Positions 51,089 to 64,000 of a stretch of DNA of 64,000 bases are shown in pieces. The notes beneath the pieces were generated by a model. The model searched no databases. It worked only from the letters and a program-made list of their open reading frames with translations, and was not told the DNA's origin. The stretch comes from Podarcis filfolensis. Taxonomy: Eukaryota. Location: assembly GCA_964270895.1 (NCBI GenBank), contig OZ185437.1. One strand, 5' to 3'. The first letter of the stretch is position 1. Each line of letters begins with the position of its first letter. The position numbers and the translations under genes are program-made.

Positions 51089-51347
51089 CTTTTCTCCTGC
51101 TCTGGAGGGTCGGACTCGAGGCAATGGCTTCAAGTTACAAGAAAGGAGATTCCGACTAAACTTTCAGGGGAAAACATTTCTGAGAGTAAGAGCTGTTCGG
51201 CAGTGGAACAGATTCCCACAAGAAGTAGTGGTCTCTCCTTCCTTGGAGGTTTTTTAGCAGAGGTTTTCTGTCATGGATGCTTTAGTTGGGATTCCCCCCA
51301 CCCCCCAAGGTCCTTTCCAACTCCTAGATTCTTTGATTCTATGTTCT
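51089..51347 (+). mobile_element. CR1 LINE 3' end
   Basis: LEGRTRGNGFKLQERRFRLN...FLRVRAVRQWNRFPQEVVVSPSLEVF (classic CR1 ORF2 C-terminus) and ttccaact...gattctttgattctatg tail. Confidence 0.93.
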
Positions 51348-53729
51348 GAATAGATCAGAGGCGCAAAATGTGGCAGTGACTAATGGCGGTGGCTCCCTCC
51401 TCCCTGACCATTTATGGGGCAGCTGATTGGAGGGGGTGTGCCTAAACCATTTTTCTCTCCTCTCTTCTAGCTCCAGCAGCCATTTTCTGTTATCCTACAC
51501 TGCCCATGGCTGCCATTTTGTGATTGGCACCCTTAGCACCTGCTCAAAATTCCAAATGAGCCTACTAGCCTTCCAGTGTCAGCAACCCCTGAATTAAGTT
51601 TAAGTCTTCAGGAGTCCTTCCATGGACAGAAAGCCTCTTCTATGCATGAGAGCCCTTGCCACAAATTAGCATAAGAGTCTTGTGTTGTACAATTACTTCT
51701 GCTAATTATTGTGCAGCAGTTCTTGGAACAGTGATACCGCCGGCACGTCTTCCACTAGTATATCTCTGGATACATCCCACAAAGAGCTCTACCACTTAGC
51801 TATGTCCTTGCCCGTATTTTCTGTTTCCTGGGAACAAGTACAAAAGATCTGAGGAAAGCCAGAAATTTAGTGCTTTGGCCCATATACAATGAAAGCCCTA
51901 TTACTTTTCAAATGTGTTCCTGGTCATCCAAGCTTCCTGGAATGGAGCCATCTGCCTTCTTCCTATTCATAAGGAATAGCTATTTTCTTTCTTGGCACCA
52001 TTTTGTGTAACCAACATAAAAGGCAGAGTATGGGGCTAAGATAGGGCCTCTTCACTACACATTCCTTGTCCTACAACTTTTGTTTTCTACCTCAGGCCTG
52101 CAAAACTTGTATGCCATGAAGCCTGACGCAGCCCACCAGATAGAAATCATAGCCTGAGACATCTTTTCTCACACAGGCAGGCCAGCGAAGGTGGGAAGTT
52201 TGTCAAGCCTGTTAAGTTTCCATGCCTGCCTGGTAGATCACACATTTTGCAGGCTTATCGTACACCCTTTCCTTTGCCCTGCATTTTTTGCAAATCCCAT
52301 TCCCCAGTGCTTCCCTTCCTTTAGGTTGCAAAGAGGATGATTATTAACACAACTTCTGAATGAGAAAAGATCCAAAAGGCACAAACGAGCAGCGACTAAT
52401 CCTCCTAAGTGGCTTTCTTAACTGTGATCTGGGTGTCACTTCCAATAAACCAGATGTCTTCTGCTTCTAGAAATGGTGACCTGCGCACCTCAGATTCTTG
52501 CCAAGCCACTGAGGGAACTTGCCGCACTGCTGAAAGTCTTTTTCGAGCCCCTCATTACAAAGACCTTTGTGGAAAAAGCACTGCTTTCTGCTGTGTAATG
52601 CCGAACATACTAATAAGATAAGTGTTTCATGTATAAAAGTCAACAAACATTCAAAAGCAAAATAGACACACACACACCCCTTTCGCTGGCCTCTTGTCTT
52701 TTTATTTGGTCTCTGCTGGGTCTTTTCATCAAAGAACACATTTGAATGAAAAACTCCCTCAGCTTTGGATTCTGTTCATCAAAGTGCATTTTGCTACAGG
52801 AAATTAGAATTTCTCAGGAAATTATAACTCTTATATAGCCTTAATATGAAGAGGACTGAGGACCCCCCTGAGGGGACAGTGGTCAGCTGTGCTCCTGATC
52901 CTTCTATTGACCATGTGTACTGAGGGGCTTTTCCTTTCCACTTCTGCATGTGGGGTTCCACATGTTATTTGTAGGATCAAGATGTGTTACTGAAGGGAGA
53001 GGGAAATTCCAAAATAAGGCTTCATTACTACACATTAGTAAGGACATGATAATTTGCACCCCCCCTTTAAGGACATACCTTGTGATGCTGCTGCAGTTGT
53101 TCAGAAACGTACTCTTGCCAAGGTCTGGACAGTTGACAAGGGATGTGCTTGGCAGGGCCATGGCATGGGTGACAGGATGATAAAACTGGCTCTTTGGAAA
53201 TGAGGTTGGCATTTAACTTCTTAGTGGTGCTTTAAACTATCTTTATAAACCAAATTCTCGCTAAATTCTAAAACACTGATACATTACGTCTCCATATTGT
53301 TTGAGGTAATTTATGTGGAACCTGCAAACTGAGGGGCTGATTTCGAGATTTAAGGACAGCAAAGGGTGGCTATTGCCGTCTGGCCCTGTCAGATGTTTAT
53401 CTATGCAAACACACTTTTAGAAATGAACTGAGAGTTAGGGCAGCTGTTTTTAAAACCGAGTATACTCATGACTAAGTAAATTTATAGTTGGTAGGAGTTA
53501 CTGAGGGCAGGATTCTTGCTCTCAAGCCATTGTTACAAGCATTCTGAATTACAGGGCTCATCTAGACTTCCTTTCGTGCCATGCTTTTGAGGCACAGGTC
53601 TGCGCTTTAAAGCTCTGTGTCCAAACAGTTGTTTTCGTGTCCTGGCACTTTCCCTGGGAAAACCCCCATTTTACTGCTGAATCAGAGCAAATGGAGAAAA
53701 CGCAGGCCAGTGCCTAGAAATGCAGCACA

Positions 53730-53832
53730 AAACAAAGTCTGGATGACCCACAGCCTCTGCCAACCTGATGGACTACAACTCCCAGTCAACACAGCTGTTA
53801 TAATCCAAAACATCTGGAGGGTGCCAGTTGGT
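53730..53832. mobile_element. degenerate palindromic hAT MITE
   Basis: ggactacaactcccag...aatccaaaacatctggagggtgccagttgg shared with the 45856 family. Confidence 0.6.
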
Positions 53833-55362
53833 AAAGGAAGATGACAGACACAACCTTGATCCCCGTTTGGAAGCTGTGAAACTACAGATGACTAAAGGAG
53901 AGAGTGCCTGCTTTACTGAGGCCCAAGGAATCTCAAGGGTCAGGCCTGAAATCTATTCCTGGCAATGCAATCTCTCCTTTCACAGCTCCCTTGCCACTCT
54001 GCTTCTGCTTCCTTCAGATACACGGAGGCTCACTGATCACATGGATTACCTTGGCTAAACGCTATGCTGCAAATAGTTTCTTGGGTCATTACATAAGCCC
54101 GTAACCCCCCTGCTGGTTAATATATTGTAAACAACAATTTGATGTGCTAAAAGTTTTGTAATTGGGACACCATCTACCGGAAATGACTAAAAGGTATTAG
54201 CATTAGCACCATTACTCTGTACGCAGTTGAGAATTAGCTTTTTCCTCATTCTGCCTGGAGATGAGTTCTCTGCCACTTGCAAGTGTGCATATTTTGGTCC
54301 TGAATGGAAATTAGTCCAATAAAAGTGTTCGGTTTACTCATTTTGAGTCGCTCACCTAAATGGAGCGAGTATAATGAGATCAGTAAGGACTCTTACTATT
54401 GATTTTTCTATACCTGAGGACACATGCATGTCTACTGACATAGGCAAAGCAACAGTGAGTGTCCCTCTTGCTGAATGAGGGATTAGCCAAGTACTGCACC
54501 TCTCCACTGGGTGCTACGTCTTTTTGGAGCCATGTTGGCCCAGTAATTGTAAACTACCCCAACCCGGAAATCCAGGCCCTATAGTTGACTACATCATTCA
54601 TGGGGACAGGGTGGGTCTACCTTCTGGCACTGGCCCAGTTGATGGTGCTGCTTCTCTCAGCATGAAAACACCTCCAGAGTGGGCAGAGCAGATTCTACAA
54701 GCCTTGATGCTCTTAGCCACTGGACACTGTTCTCACAGGAATGGTTGTATGTGGGGGAGTTGAGAGGACAATACCTTCACTCAAGAGCAGATGTTTTTCC
54801 TGCTGTGGTTGATGCTGATGTGTTGCTTCGTTCCAAGGCCAGCAGCAACCTTCCAGATAAGTTCCCAGAAAGTAGCTGTAACTCAGCCAAACTAAGATAA
54901 GGGCACAATAATCCATTGCACACCAGATACCAGCAAGAAAATAAGACTAAACAATTACCTTGGGAAATACATTCATCCTGCTTTTTTATAATGTTTTATT
55001 AGCACATTCCATTCAGTAGCAGCCAAGAAGGAGAATATAACCCATTATTAAGCCATCAACAAGACACCAAGCAGGGCAGATGTTCCAGACCTTGATGTTC
55101 TCCCACACCTGTGTTTCAACCTGGAAGAGGTGAGATGGCAATACTGGAGTCCCTTTTCCACAGACCAAGAGCACCTAGATGTTCCTACTGCTCCTGACTG
55201 TTTTGGGTTTCTGTTCTTGTCCACAATAAACATGAGAATTTACACAAACCATTAAAAGTTCCTATTAATTGAGGTCTATTTTGTTGCAGATTGATTTCCA
55301 GTGCAATCTCAATTATCCATATTCCGTTTTACCTTCCAGGTAACTCAGAAAAGCACAGAGCT

Positions 55363-55515
55363 TCCCCCTTTATCCTTATACAACAACCCTGCAGGGAGGG
55401 CCAGTTAGGCTGAAACCGAGTGTCTAGCTGAAGGTCCTGCAATACATTTTATGACTGAGAATGAGAATTTTAATCCATCTCTCTCTCTGGTTATCATGCC
55501 AACACTCCAGCCACT
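55363..55515 (-). mobile_element. MIR-like CORE-SINE
   Basis: ttatccttatacaacaaccctgcaggg...ttaggctga...aaggtc...atgactgag...ccaacactccagccact. Confidence 0.6.
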
Positions 55516-55519
55516 GTTG

Positions 55520-55740
55520 TTGGCATCTGGCTGTCTCAGGAGACAATGGAGGAGTGTGCCTTTGGGGGTGAGGTCAAGCTGTTGGACGGTTGCAGCACCT
55601 GCTGTGGCTGTAGAGACTGATGCGGGAGAAACATGTTTTGTTGCAGCTGTGGCAGATGCAGATGCCCAGTTGTGCTGCTGCAGATGCACCCTGGCGTTTC
55701 TAATCTCTGCGCTCCTCCCAGCCACTATCCACACTTAGCT
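55520..55740. mobile_element. interspersed repeat related to 30811 (Vingi/RTE-like, tentative)
   Basis: ggcatctggctgtctcaggagacaatggaggagtgtgcct...gtcaagc. Confidence 0.45.
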
Positions 55741-56371
55741 TTCCTCCATGCTTTGCAGGCATGGTCCATGCCTTAAAGCTCCATGTCTGAACATTCTGGA
55801 GCTTTCCTCACAAAAACCCACTCTTTATGGCAATCCTGGAAACACGGGGAAAAGTTTAGTGTGCATAAGCCCTATGTTGACTCTCTGTGGGTTCCTTCTC
55901 TTCATTTCAGTTCTCCAGGAGCTGAGAAGCATAAATCACTACTTTTCTCAAAATGCATCCTGCACGATTTGTTCATTCAAATTGTTTTCTTGAGAGAAGA
56001 ATGTTCACATGAATATGTAAACATTGATCTCTCCATGCAATCAGGCTGCCTTTTGATAGGGCAGCTTGTAGGCTAGATGGGGAGAACCCTGATTGCACAG
56101 GGGGGATTGCTGACTTGATTCTCTCCACTAATCCTGCACATGCATGCCAGGATCAGGGACCCTCCAGAAAGACTTGAGGTTGGCTACAGCAAGATGCAGC
56201 AGGAGGGAAAACAATTGAAATAGGAAGTGGGGGCTGTCTTGCATGGAATGGCCTAGGTCATTCATCAGGAGGCAAAAGACCTTGAGTCATCCCTGTACTT
56301 AGGTCAAACATGACATTCATTCCCCACATAGCTTAGATGTGTTGTGCTGGAAGCTATTTATGTATTAACTG

Positions 56372-56560
56372 AGAGTCAGTGTGGAGTAGTGGTTAGTGTT
56401 GGGCTAGGACCTGGGAGACCATGAAGGATGTTCTTTGAGTGACCTTGGGCCAATCACCGTCTCTTCAACCTAACCTACCATGGTTGCGAGGACACCATGT
56501 GGAGGAAGGGAACCAAGTATGCCACCTTAAGCACCACGGAGGAAAGCTGGGATATAAATA
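56372..56560 (+). mobile_element. MIR-like CORE-SINE
   Basis: gagtcagtgtggagtagtggttagtgttgggctaggacctgggagacc...gtgaccttgggccaatcac...cctaacctacc...gggatataaataaa. Confidence 0.7.
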
Positions 56561-57635
56561 AACGTGTGTATTGAAAGAAGGACCAAGAAGAAGACCCCTT
56601 TGTCCATCTCTCTAGTTTGGGAGAGTCAAATGTGCCAGATTTGGGGGAGAATTCAGTGAGCCAACTAGCAAGTGTTTCATTTTCACCTCCTCAATGAGAT
56701 CTAATTATGAAGGATTTAGTGTCTATTATTCCCCAAGAGGCTGTGTTCACACTTCAGCTAAGCACAGGTGGTGGCTCCACTCTAGCGTAAGCCACAAGTG
56801 CAAAAGACTTCACTAATAGAACTTCTGTTATGTCTGGCCATCAGGGAGAAGCTAACTATAGGGAAGGCACCATAAACTGTGAAATGAAAACGGCTCCTTT
56901 CCCTATGATAAGAGGAAGCTAGCATTGAACCTATTACTCAGATTATAGTGAATCTGAATTGCTTTCCCCTTGAGCTGCTACAGAGATAGATCAGTCGGAT
57001 TAAAATCCTCTCTCTTATGTAAAACAACTTAACTGGAATAGATAAAAACGTAATATATTTTTGAAGACTTGTATGTTTCCTCGAGTCTGGATAATAATAA
57101 GTCCTTGACTTACAAATGTCTCCTTGATTGTTTAATGAATTATTTTCTCCTCCTTAGATGGCTTCTGACTGGAATGTACTAATAAAACGTAAAAAAGTGG
57201 GATACATGTTTTTCCTGAAGTAATTCTAGAAGAATGATTTATTTGAATAATAAATTTATGGTATTATTTTCTTTCTGGTGTCTGGTGAGCAATTGATTAT
57301 TGTGTCCAATCTATATACTATTATTTTCTTTAGACCTCAATATCCTCCTGAACATTAAGATACATTGTCTGCACAGTTGTAAATCTAAAAGTATTTTTAG
57401 GTACTAGTAGAAATAATAATAGAAAATTTACTTTTATGATTGAAAAGAGAAAGAACGGCACCCAAAACCACAAGGTAGATCATGTAGAAGCCGGGTTTTG
57501 TGTGTGTAGCTGATGCAGATGCTCGTACAGATGTGTAATTGGAGATGCTCATCATCTGGAGTCCATTGAATTGGCTGGATGCCTCTTTAGATGTGAATGG
57601 GAATGTCAATCTATATTTAGGAATAAATTAAAAAA

Positions 57636-57766
57636 ATTGTCCAGTAGCACCTTAGAGACCAACTAGTTTGTTCTGGGTATAAGCTTTCATGTGCATGCAC
57701 ACTTATTCAGATTCATTCCCCCCCCCCCCTGACTGTGTCAGACCAACACGGCTACCTACCTGAATC
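57636..57766. mobile_element. Penelope-like element terminal (pLTR) fragment
   Basis: gtagcaccttagagaccaactagtttgttctgggtataagctttcatgtgcatgcacactt...cagaccaacacggctacctacctgaatc, recalled reptile Penelope terminus. Confidence 0.65.
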
Positions 57767-57899
57767 TATATTTAGGAGTTACTATAGTATCCTGAGGGCC
57801 CCCTTCCTGCCACTCACCACCTGGCCTAGGGCGGGGCCTGAGAGGCTCCATAAAGGACTGCTGCCACTGCTGCTGCTGGGCAGAGAGGGCTCCGTTTGT

Positions 57900-58138
57900 T
57901 GTTGTTGTTGTTTTAAAAAAAACACTGGTTTTTTTACCTATGTCATTTTAAACTGTGATATTAATGCTTTATCCTTCGTTTTAGATTTTGATTTATGTCG
58001 AAATTGTGTATTTTTTTTTGATGTGGTTCATTTATTGTTTATGACTTTTGTAATTATGTAAATCTTGTCATGTTGCAAGCCGCCTTGAGCATTGTTTTTA
58101 ACTGTGGAAAGGCGGCATAAAATAAAATGATGATGATG
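57900..58138 (+). mobile_element. L2-type LINE 3' UTR and tail
   Basis: T-rich UTR ending gcaagccgccttgagc...aggcggcataaaataaaatgatgatg. Confidence 0.6.
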
Positions 58139-58538
58139 GTGCTCCTAGAGTGCAATAGCTTTTTGTTTGTTTGGGGAAGATAATTAGGCTATTTCACAAA
58201 ACATTCTGAGAGGTCTAAATGGAACAATTCCACTCTGGGCCACCACATCAAATGAAAAGCCCGTGAAGAGTCTGGGAGATTCTATCTTTCATCATATTTC
58301 TGGCATGGAATTTAAATGATCCAGGCATGGACCCTGCTAGTGTTCTAGTTCAGCTTTCTAGTTCAATTGGCTGGGGCTGATGTAAGTTGTAATCTGAAAC
58401 AACTGGAGAGCACCAGGTTGGGGTAGGCTGGGTTATATTAAAATGACGTCAGTGTAGAATTAGGATGCTTCACCAGAAATGCTCTCCCAGATTGAATCCT
58501 GTGGTTTGTCTGTTGTTCTGGCAAAAAAGCAAGCAATT

Positions 58539-58680
58539 GCTAGTTGGTTATAGCATGGTGATGATAATGCTAAGGTTGCAGGTTTGATCTCCGTTTGAGA
58601 CAACGGCATCTTCCTGCATTGCAGCGGATTGGACTACATGATCCTCAGGGTCCCTTCCAACTCTACAATTGTATGATTCT
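58539..58680 (+). mobile_element. tRNA-head/CR1-tail SINE
   Basis: gctagttggttatagcatggtg...aaggttgcaggtttgatc head; ttcctgcattgcag...ggactacatgatcctcagggtcccttccaactctacaattgtatgattct tail. Confidence 0.8.
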
Positions 58681-59640
58681 AAGTGGGAAATTTCATCAAA
58701 AAATCACATTTGTCAACTATGGTGATGTTTGGTACATCTGAAGAGACCCTCGCCAAGCTCCAGTTAGATTTTGCTTCCTAGGTATCATCTTCAGACTGAA
58801 TTAGTAGAGCAGTGAGTCAATATGTGGCCATGCCCAAATATTCATCACCTGTAACCATTGCTATATGAATTAACTGCTTTCAGACAGCAAATTACTCTGA
58901 CAAAGATTATTGGATGGCATAGTTAGACTTGTATTACATTATGTATTATATGGAGCACCTTCACTGATAGACACTGGACCTCTTGACTACTTAAACAAAA
59001 TGCTGGCAAGATTTAGGCATTATCTTATGTATGCCCATTGCTCATTCTTTCAAGCAATTCCCCTACCTGTCAACTTCTATTATTTTGTGATGGTTGAATT
59101 TCAGCCAGTTCATTCCCATTTACGTCTCTGAGTCCATGGGAAATCAAAGAGGCTGCTAAGTCCAGGTGTGATTTAGTCTTGTGTATCTGCTGTCCATTCA
59201 CACTTCATTTCCTGTTGCCTTCCTATCTCCACTAGCATCCATGTATGTCTAGTAATGAGATGGAGTCCTGCAGGGCTCCAGAGCAAGAGGAAAGCGATTG
59301 CTAGGACTGAAAAAAAATTGGAGGGGGAAAATAATTCTGCTTTAGAATTTGACATTTTGGGGTGCAGAAGTTCAAATTCTGAAGTTCCGAATTCAAAATT
59401 TAGATTTGATTTAGATATTGTGCCAGTTCAGATCCATCTGTTCCCTAAATTTTATTTGTCAAGGCTGCTTCCCAACACCAACCCAAATTTGGTGTTTAGG
59501 CAAAAGAATCATTCTTCTTTGATGTATTTCACATCCTCAGCTCTTCCTCTGTGGGGCTCAGATTGGCCTACGTTTGGTTTTTAGGAGGGCTGTAATCCAA
59601 GCAACATACAGGACCAGAGCTGCTTAGCTTCACTGCTTCA

Positions 59641-59850
59641 TAGTGGTGTCCAAACTTTTTTCAAAGAGGGCCAGATTTACTGAAGTGAAGGGCTGTGAGG
59701 GCCAGCCAAAGGGCCACCCAAAGTTGTTAAACTTTTCTTAGGATTGAAGTTGTTGAGGATTTTACCCCAGGAAATAAACTGCCACAGGGGCCGGATTTAG
59801 CCGACTGGCAGGCTGGATTGGACCCCCAAGATGGACTTTGGACATGCCTG
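59641..59850. mobile_element. hAT (Charlie-like) MITE
   Basis: tagtggtgtccaaact ... actttggacatgcctg imperfect TIRs with internal gggcc motifs. Confidence 0.75.
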
Positions 59851-60106
59851 CTTCAAATGATTGTGGGAACTGGTTATTTTGAAAGAAAGGAGTGAATTCA
59901 CTGAAAGTCCTCCATTATCTGAAGTGTTCAGACTGCCACACACCAGGATTGCCATGACACTCATGTGCTATTGGTTCTTCTGTATTCAAGTATAGGGTTT
60001 CCATAATCTGACCTGCAGATGGAATTCTGGAGAAGGGATATATTTTGCCAATAAATCATCTGAAACTCTTTTGATTTAGCTGCCCTTTTCTTCCATCTCA
60101 CCACCA

Positions 60107-60230
60107 CATAGGAAGCTGCCTTAGAACTTTGCTCCATCTAGCTCAACACCTGCACTGACTGGCAGAAGCCCCTCTGGGTTTCCAGCATGAATCTTTCCCA
60201 GCTTTGCCTTGATATTTCAGCAGCTGAACA
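60107..60230 (-). mobile_element. squamate tRNA-derived SINE, degenerate
   Basis: cataggaagctgcctt...ccatctagctca...ctgactggcag...ttccag is the reverse complement of the 12743 family body. Confidence 0.7.
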
Positions 60231-63200
60231 TGGGCCGTCTGTTCTTACCCAGGGAGCTCTGAAGCAAGGCTTCTAAGCACCATCCTACATCCCAAGCATC
60301 TGCTCCTGTATTGCTGTCTCACATTCCCCAGAGGAATTTCTGATGTTTGCTTTTATATTTGTAAGCTGCTTCAGAAAACTTCTTTATGGAGAGGAAAGCA
60401 GGGTACGTTTTTTAAAAAAACCCAATAGCACCTGCTATTGGGGACTTAGTAGCTAGTATGGTTCAGTGTGTTAACTGTCGCCTTCTTTATCTGGGACCCC
60501 CCTGCTGTCTAATGAGAGAAATGTTATACTTTGTCACAATGACTCTGCCAGTGCATTGTCATTTTGTGTCGGGCAACTCTTGCCTGTATTATTTCCAAAT
60601 TCCTTTTAGCCCTGCGTGCCTATGATTTAAATTCAAAGGGCTCCTCAGGCAGCTGGTATGTTTGAATAAACAGAACGAATGCAGATGAGTTACTGAGCTG
60701 TAAGGTGAGATAGCAAACCCTGCTAGTCTGTTGTTTTGCACTAACTTCTAACCTAAACTACCTTAGCACACTGAAAATACAAGCCTAATCACACTTATTA
60801 GGGAGTAAGACCCACTGAGCTCAGTGGGGCTTATTTTTGAGTACATGTGTCTGAATCTGCACTATTAATCCTTGCAAATTACTGTTGCTTAAATTGTATC
60901 CCTAGACTTCGCTTTCATCACTATTTCCCACTCAGGTTCCAATCTACTAAATTTAATATTTGGTCACTGGAAAGAGCCTAGATTCTCTGTCTAATTTAGT
61001 AGAATGAGAATACTCTTTGTGGGCCATGATCCTTGCCTGAAGGGGGAGAGGACTCTGCTTGCTCTGAATTATGTGTTTCCTCCTTCCTCCCCAATCAATT
61101 GCCCTTTTGTGTTGTGCCTTTTTAAGATGTAAGCCTGAGGGCAGGGACTCTCTTGATTGTAGTAAACCAAGTTGGGAGATTTGCTCCCCCCCCCAAAGTA
61201 AGATGCACATTCTGCAAATAAATAAGATTCACAAAATCAGCTATCTGAGGCAGCTCCTTCGCTTTGCCTGAGGGCAGAGCCAGTCCTAATATTTCCACTT
61301 CTAGACATGCTCTGAGCTCTGCCTCTGGATTCAGAGGGCCTACTTCCAAGGCCCTACCCAGGGAGCATAATTTCTAAGTTTGTTCACATGTTACACTGAA
61401 CGCAGGTACAAACTACCTCTACACATAAGTGTTCGTGTGAAAGAGCGTACACTTGTTGGTTTATACTGCTCAACTATTGCGTACAGAGGTACATACGCTG
61501 TACACTTGTTGAACGGTACATGTCAGTAACCGTACAAGCTAAACTATTTGTGTATTCAGACTCAACACCCATTGAATGGAATGTGTGACCTCTCCTTTTT
61601 GGCTTTTAAAAAGATGGCAACCCTGTTTAGGTAACAAAGCTCTATTGGAAAGGCAGAGCTCACATAATATTCTTGGAATATTAAAGCTGCCAAACACTGG
61701 CTGACAAATCAAAACCAAATCTAGGTGTGAAAATCTAGTGATGATTGAATTTGATAATTCACCCCTCTAAAAATAATAATAATAATCCTTTTTTGGTTCC
61801 ATAAACACATTGACTACATAATCTATGTATATGTAATAATACATAGTTGTTATTTTGGTCTATAAAGTTAAGTGTATGTTCTCCCATTTGTACCCAGGGG
61901 AGGGAAGGGAGGGAAATCAATTCTGGTGTAATTAGAATTCAGACCACTGGTATAGTTTTACAAAGGTCATTTTAGACTGGAGTGAGATTGAGAGTGTTGT
62001 TGTTAATCGAACAGAGGATATTTAGTCAGTCTCTTTTACAATAAATGGAGAGAGCAAACAACATTAAGCCCGCTATCACTGCAGCCTCTCAGATGTGCCT
62101 TAAAAACCACCCTTACTTTGTTTAATATGACTTCAGTGGAGCAGATTGCCCTCTCCAGCATTACTTGATCTGTGTAATAGGAAGCAGTGTTACAATACAA
62201 ACCTGAGTGTATCTGTTCCATATAAATGCACTGCAGTTGATAGCCATGGAACTTCAGCTCCAAATATCTGGTTTGATTTCATTTTAATTTGTATGCCCCC
62301 TTTCTATATTACTGATTCAGTACAAAAAGTTTGTGATAAAAACATAACTTTCAGATAACAACAATATTCAATAATTCATTAGAATATTATAGTAGACAAT
62401 AAGATCAAATATCAGCAAATAAAGTGCTTAACCCAAGTTCCTAAGCTCCATGCACTTCTCTTATTCAGTGGCACAAGACTGTCTTTATAATACTCTTCTC
62501 TTCTCTTCTCCTGCAACTACTGTGCCACAACACTGCACATAAACTACTAAAAGTACAATCTTTCCTATATATGCCCACTCAGTCCCACTGATTTCAATGC
62601 CACATAATCCCAGGATTGTAGCCTTAAAGGCATACCAACTTCCTTTGCTAATGTTCACCATAAACCAATTTCCCTTGCCTCCCCACATTTTATTCATGCA
62701 TTCATGGTTTATATCCCTTGCCTTTTAAAGAAAACAATCTTGCAAGGCAATCTACAGGCATGCTGGTCATCGGATATTATTCTTCCCCATTCCGCTGAGA
62801 TACCTATATAGTTTATATAGGTATAAACTAGCACATACCAATTTTATGCAAGTCCCACCCTCCCCCCTGATTTTGGTGGTATATTTCATCTCTCTTTTTT
62901 GGTGAGATATAACTAGCTACTCAATTGCTATCCTTAGTTTGTATGGTTTTGCCATCTGAGAACTGTGGTTGGGACTATATTCAGTTAGGGTGCATTCAAA
63001 TATATGTAATAGGAGCTGCTTCACTATAGAAGCATATACATCATGTTTGTGTCACATATACCAAATCCTCTCTAGGATCAAGATCAATATCTGGCGGGTG
63101 ATTGATCAAACATGCATTTTTTTTAATGTTAAAAGGTAAGCATGGGGAAAGACAAGAGAAATGAGATGGAGGGAGGAGAAGCTGGGCTCATTCAATAGAA

Positions 63201-64000
63201 GGGAAAAGCAGCGACTGACTTCTATTAGTTACTCTGGGACTTCTGAGAAGAAACTTCAATGGAAGCAAGAACATAGCTGTTCTTTGGTAACGTATGACTA
63301 GCCTTGACCAAGCTAAAACTAGTCTTGATCTCTTATTTTAAATTATAAATCTTTTCTGTTTTAAACTCAGCTTCCTATTTCTTAACTGCTAACGTAATCT
63401 TCGAAACATTTTAAGAACAATTAATTGAGGTTGGTGGTTTTTTTTTTAAAAAAAGAAAAAAGAAAAGCTAGGAATCATCTCTCCACGTTAAGTTTATTTT
63501 CCTATTGTAATCTTATTATACCTTTCACTTGCTTGATGCGTTTAAGATTAACTTTCATTTATAAGAGGTTTATTTAGCATATTAATCCATCCCTTTCAAT
63601 TTGTAACCATTGTTCTTGCAAGCAAGCCATCCCATGTGATTTTGTAATGTTCATGCTTTGAAGACTGAGAAAACAACGTTATTCTTTTCAACTGGTCTGG
63701 TTTATGACTGATAACACACTTAGACCTTTGATCACTGGAAAGTAGGTACAGGCCTGAGGGCCAAACCGCACACAACACAGAGATCTGTGTCATTTCAACA
63801 ACACTCTTTAAAAACAAAGAGCAGCTAATGGGGGCTGTATGTCTGCGAATGGAGGAAAGGCACAACTTTTTGCCAACAATCGCCTTTCCTCCACTCCTTT
63901 TTATTTATTTATTTGAGTTTCTGATACAATTCCATATCAAAGAAATGAACGGAAACAATGCAAACGACACACAAAACTCCCCTCTGAAATAGAAATTAAA

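Noticed and set aside
55405-55738. Ala-rich ORFs on both strands
   Set aside because: Lie within SINE and other interspersed repeat sequence with gctg/gcag low complexity.
61378-61565. CpG-containing gtaca-rich segment, possibly a MITE
   Set aside because: No clear TIR pair or TSD could be defined.
1-64000. CRISPR arrays, operons or prokaryotic defence systems
   Set aside because: The sequence is a vertebrate intron/exon locus; no regularly spaced repeat-spacer arrays or dense ORFs.

Overview
Eukaryotic, AT-rich vertebrate DNA, not prokaryotic. The window holds the 3' half of the QKI (Quaking, STAR/KH RNA-binding protein) gene on the + strand, followed by about 19 kb of repeat-rich intergenic DNA. 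The repeats (Sauria SINEs, squamate tRNA-SINEs, CR1/L2, hAT and Tc1/mariner MITEs) point to a squamate, probably a lacertid lizard. Readable QKI coding exons are exon 5 (22315-22402), exon 6 (30229-30525), a diverged QKI-7-type terminal exon (31510-31565) and an intact QKI-6 terminal exon (32995-33020, GMAFPTKG*). The two QKI-5-specific coding pieces cannot be read. By position and flanks they fall inside two of five short N-runs (132-331 bp), all confined to the conserved QKI 3' region, which looks like masking of highly conserved sequence. Main leads: the N-runs hiding QKI-5, the diverged QKI-7 tail, a recursive-splice-like AG|GTATGG site at the QKI-6 exon, QKI-binding ACTAAY motifs at the gene's own branch points, inverted Sauria SINEs flanking exon 5, clustered miR-200/miR-124 sites, and a hAT MITE carrying telomeric hexamers. 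Nearly all other ORFs in the track are spurious or transposon relics. No database searches were run: family names come from motif recognition, and human QKI comparisons are from memory.
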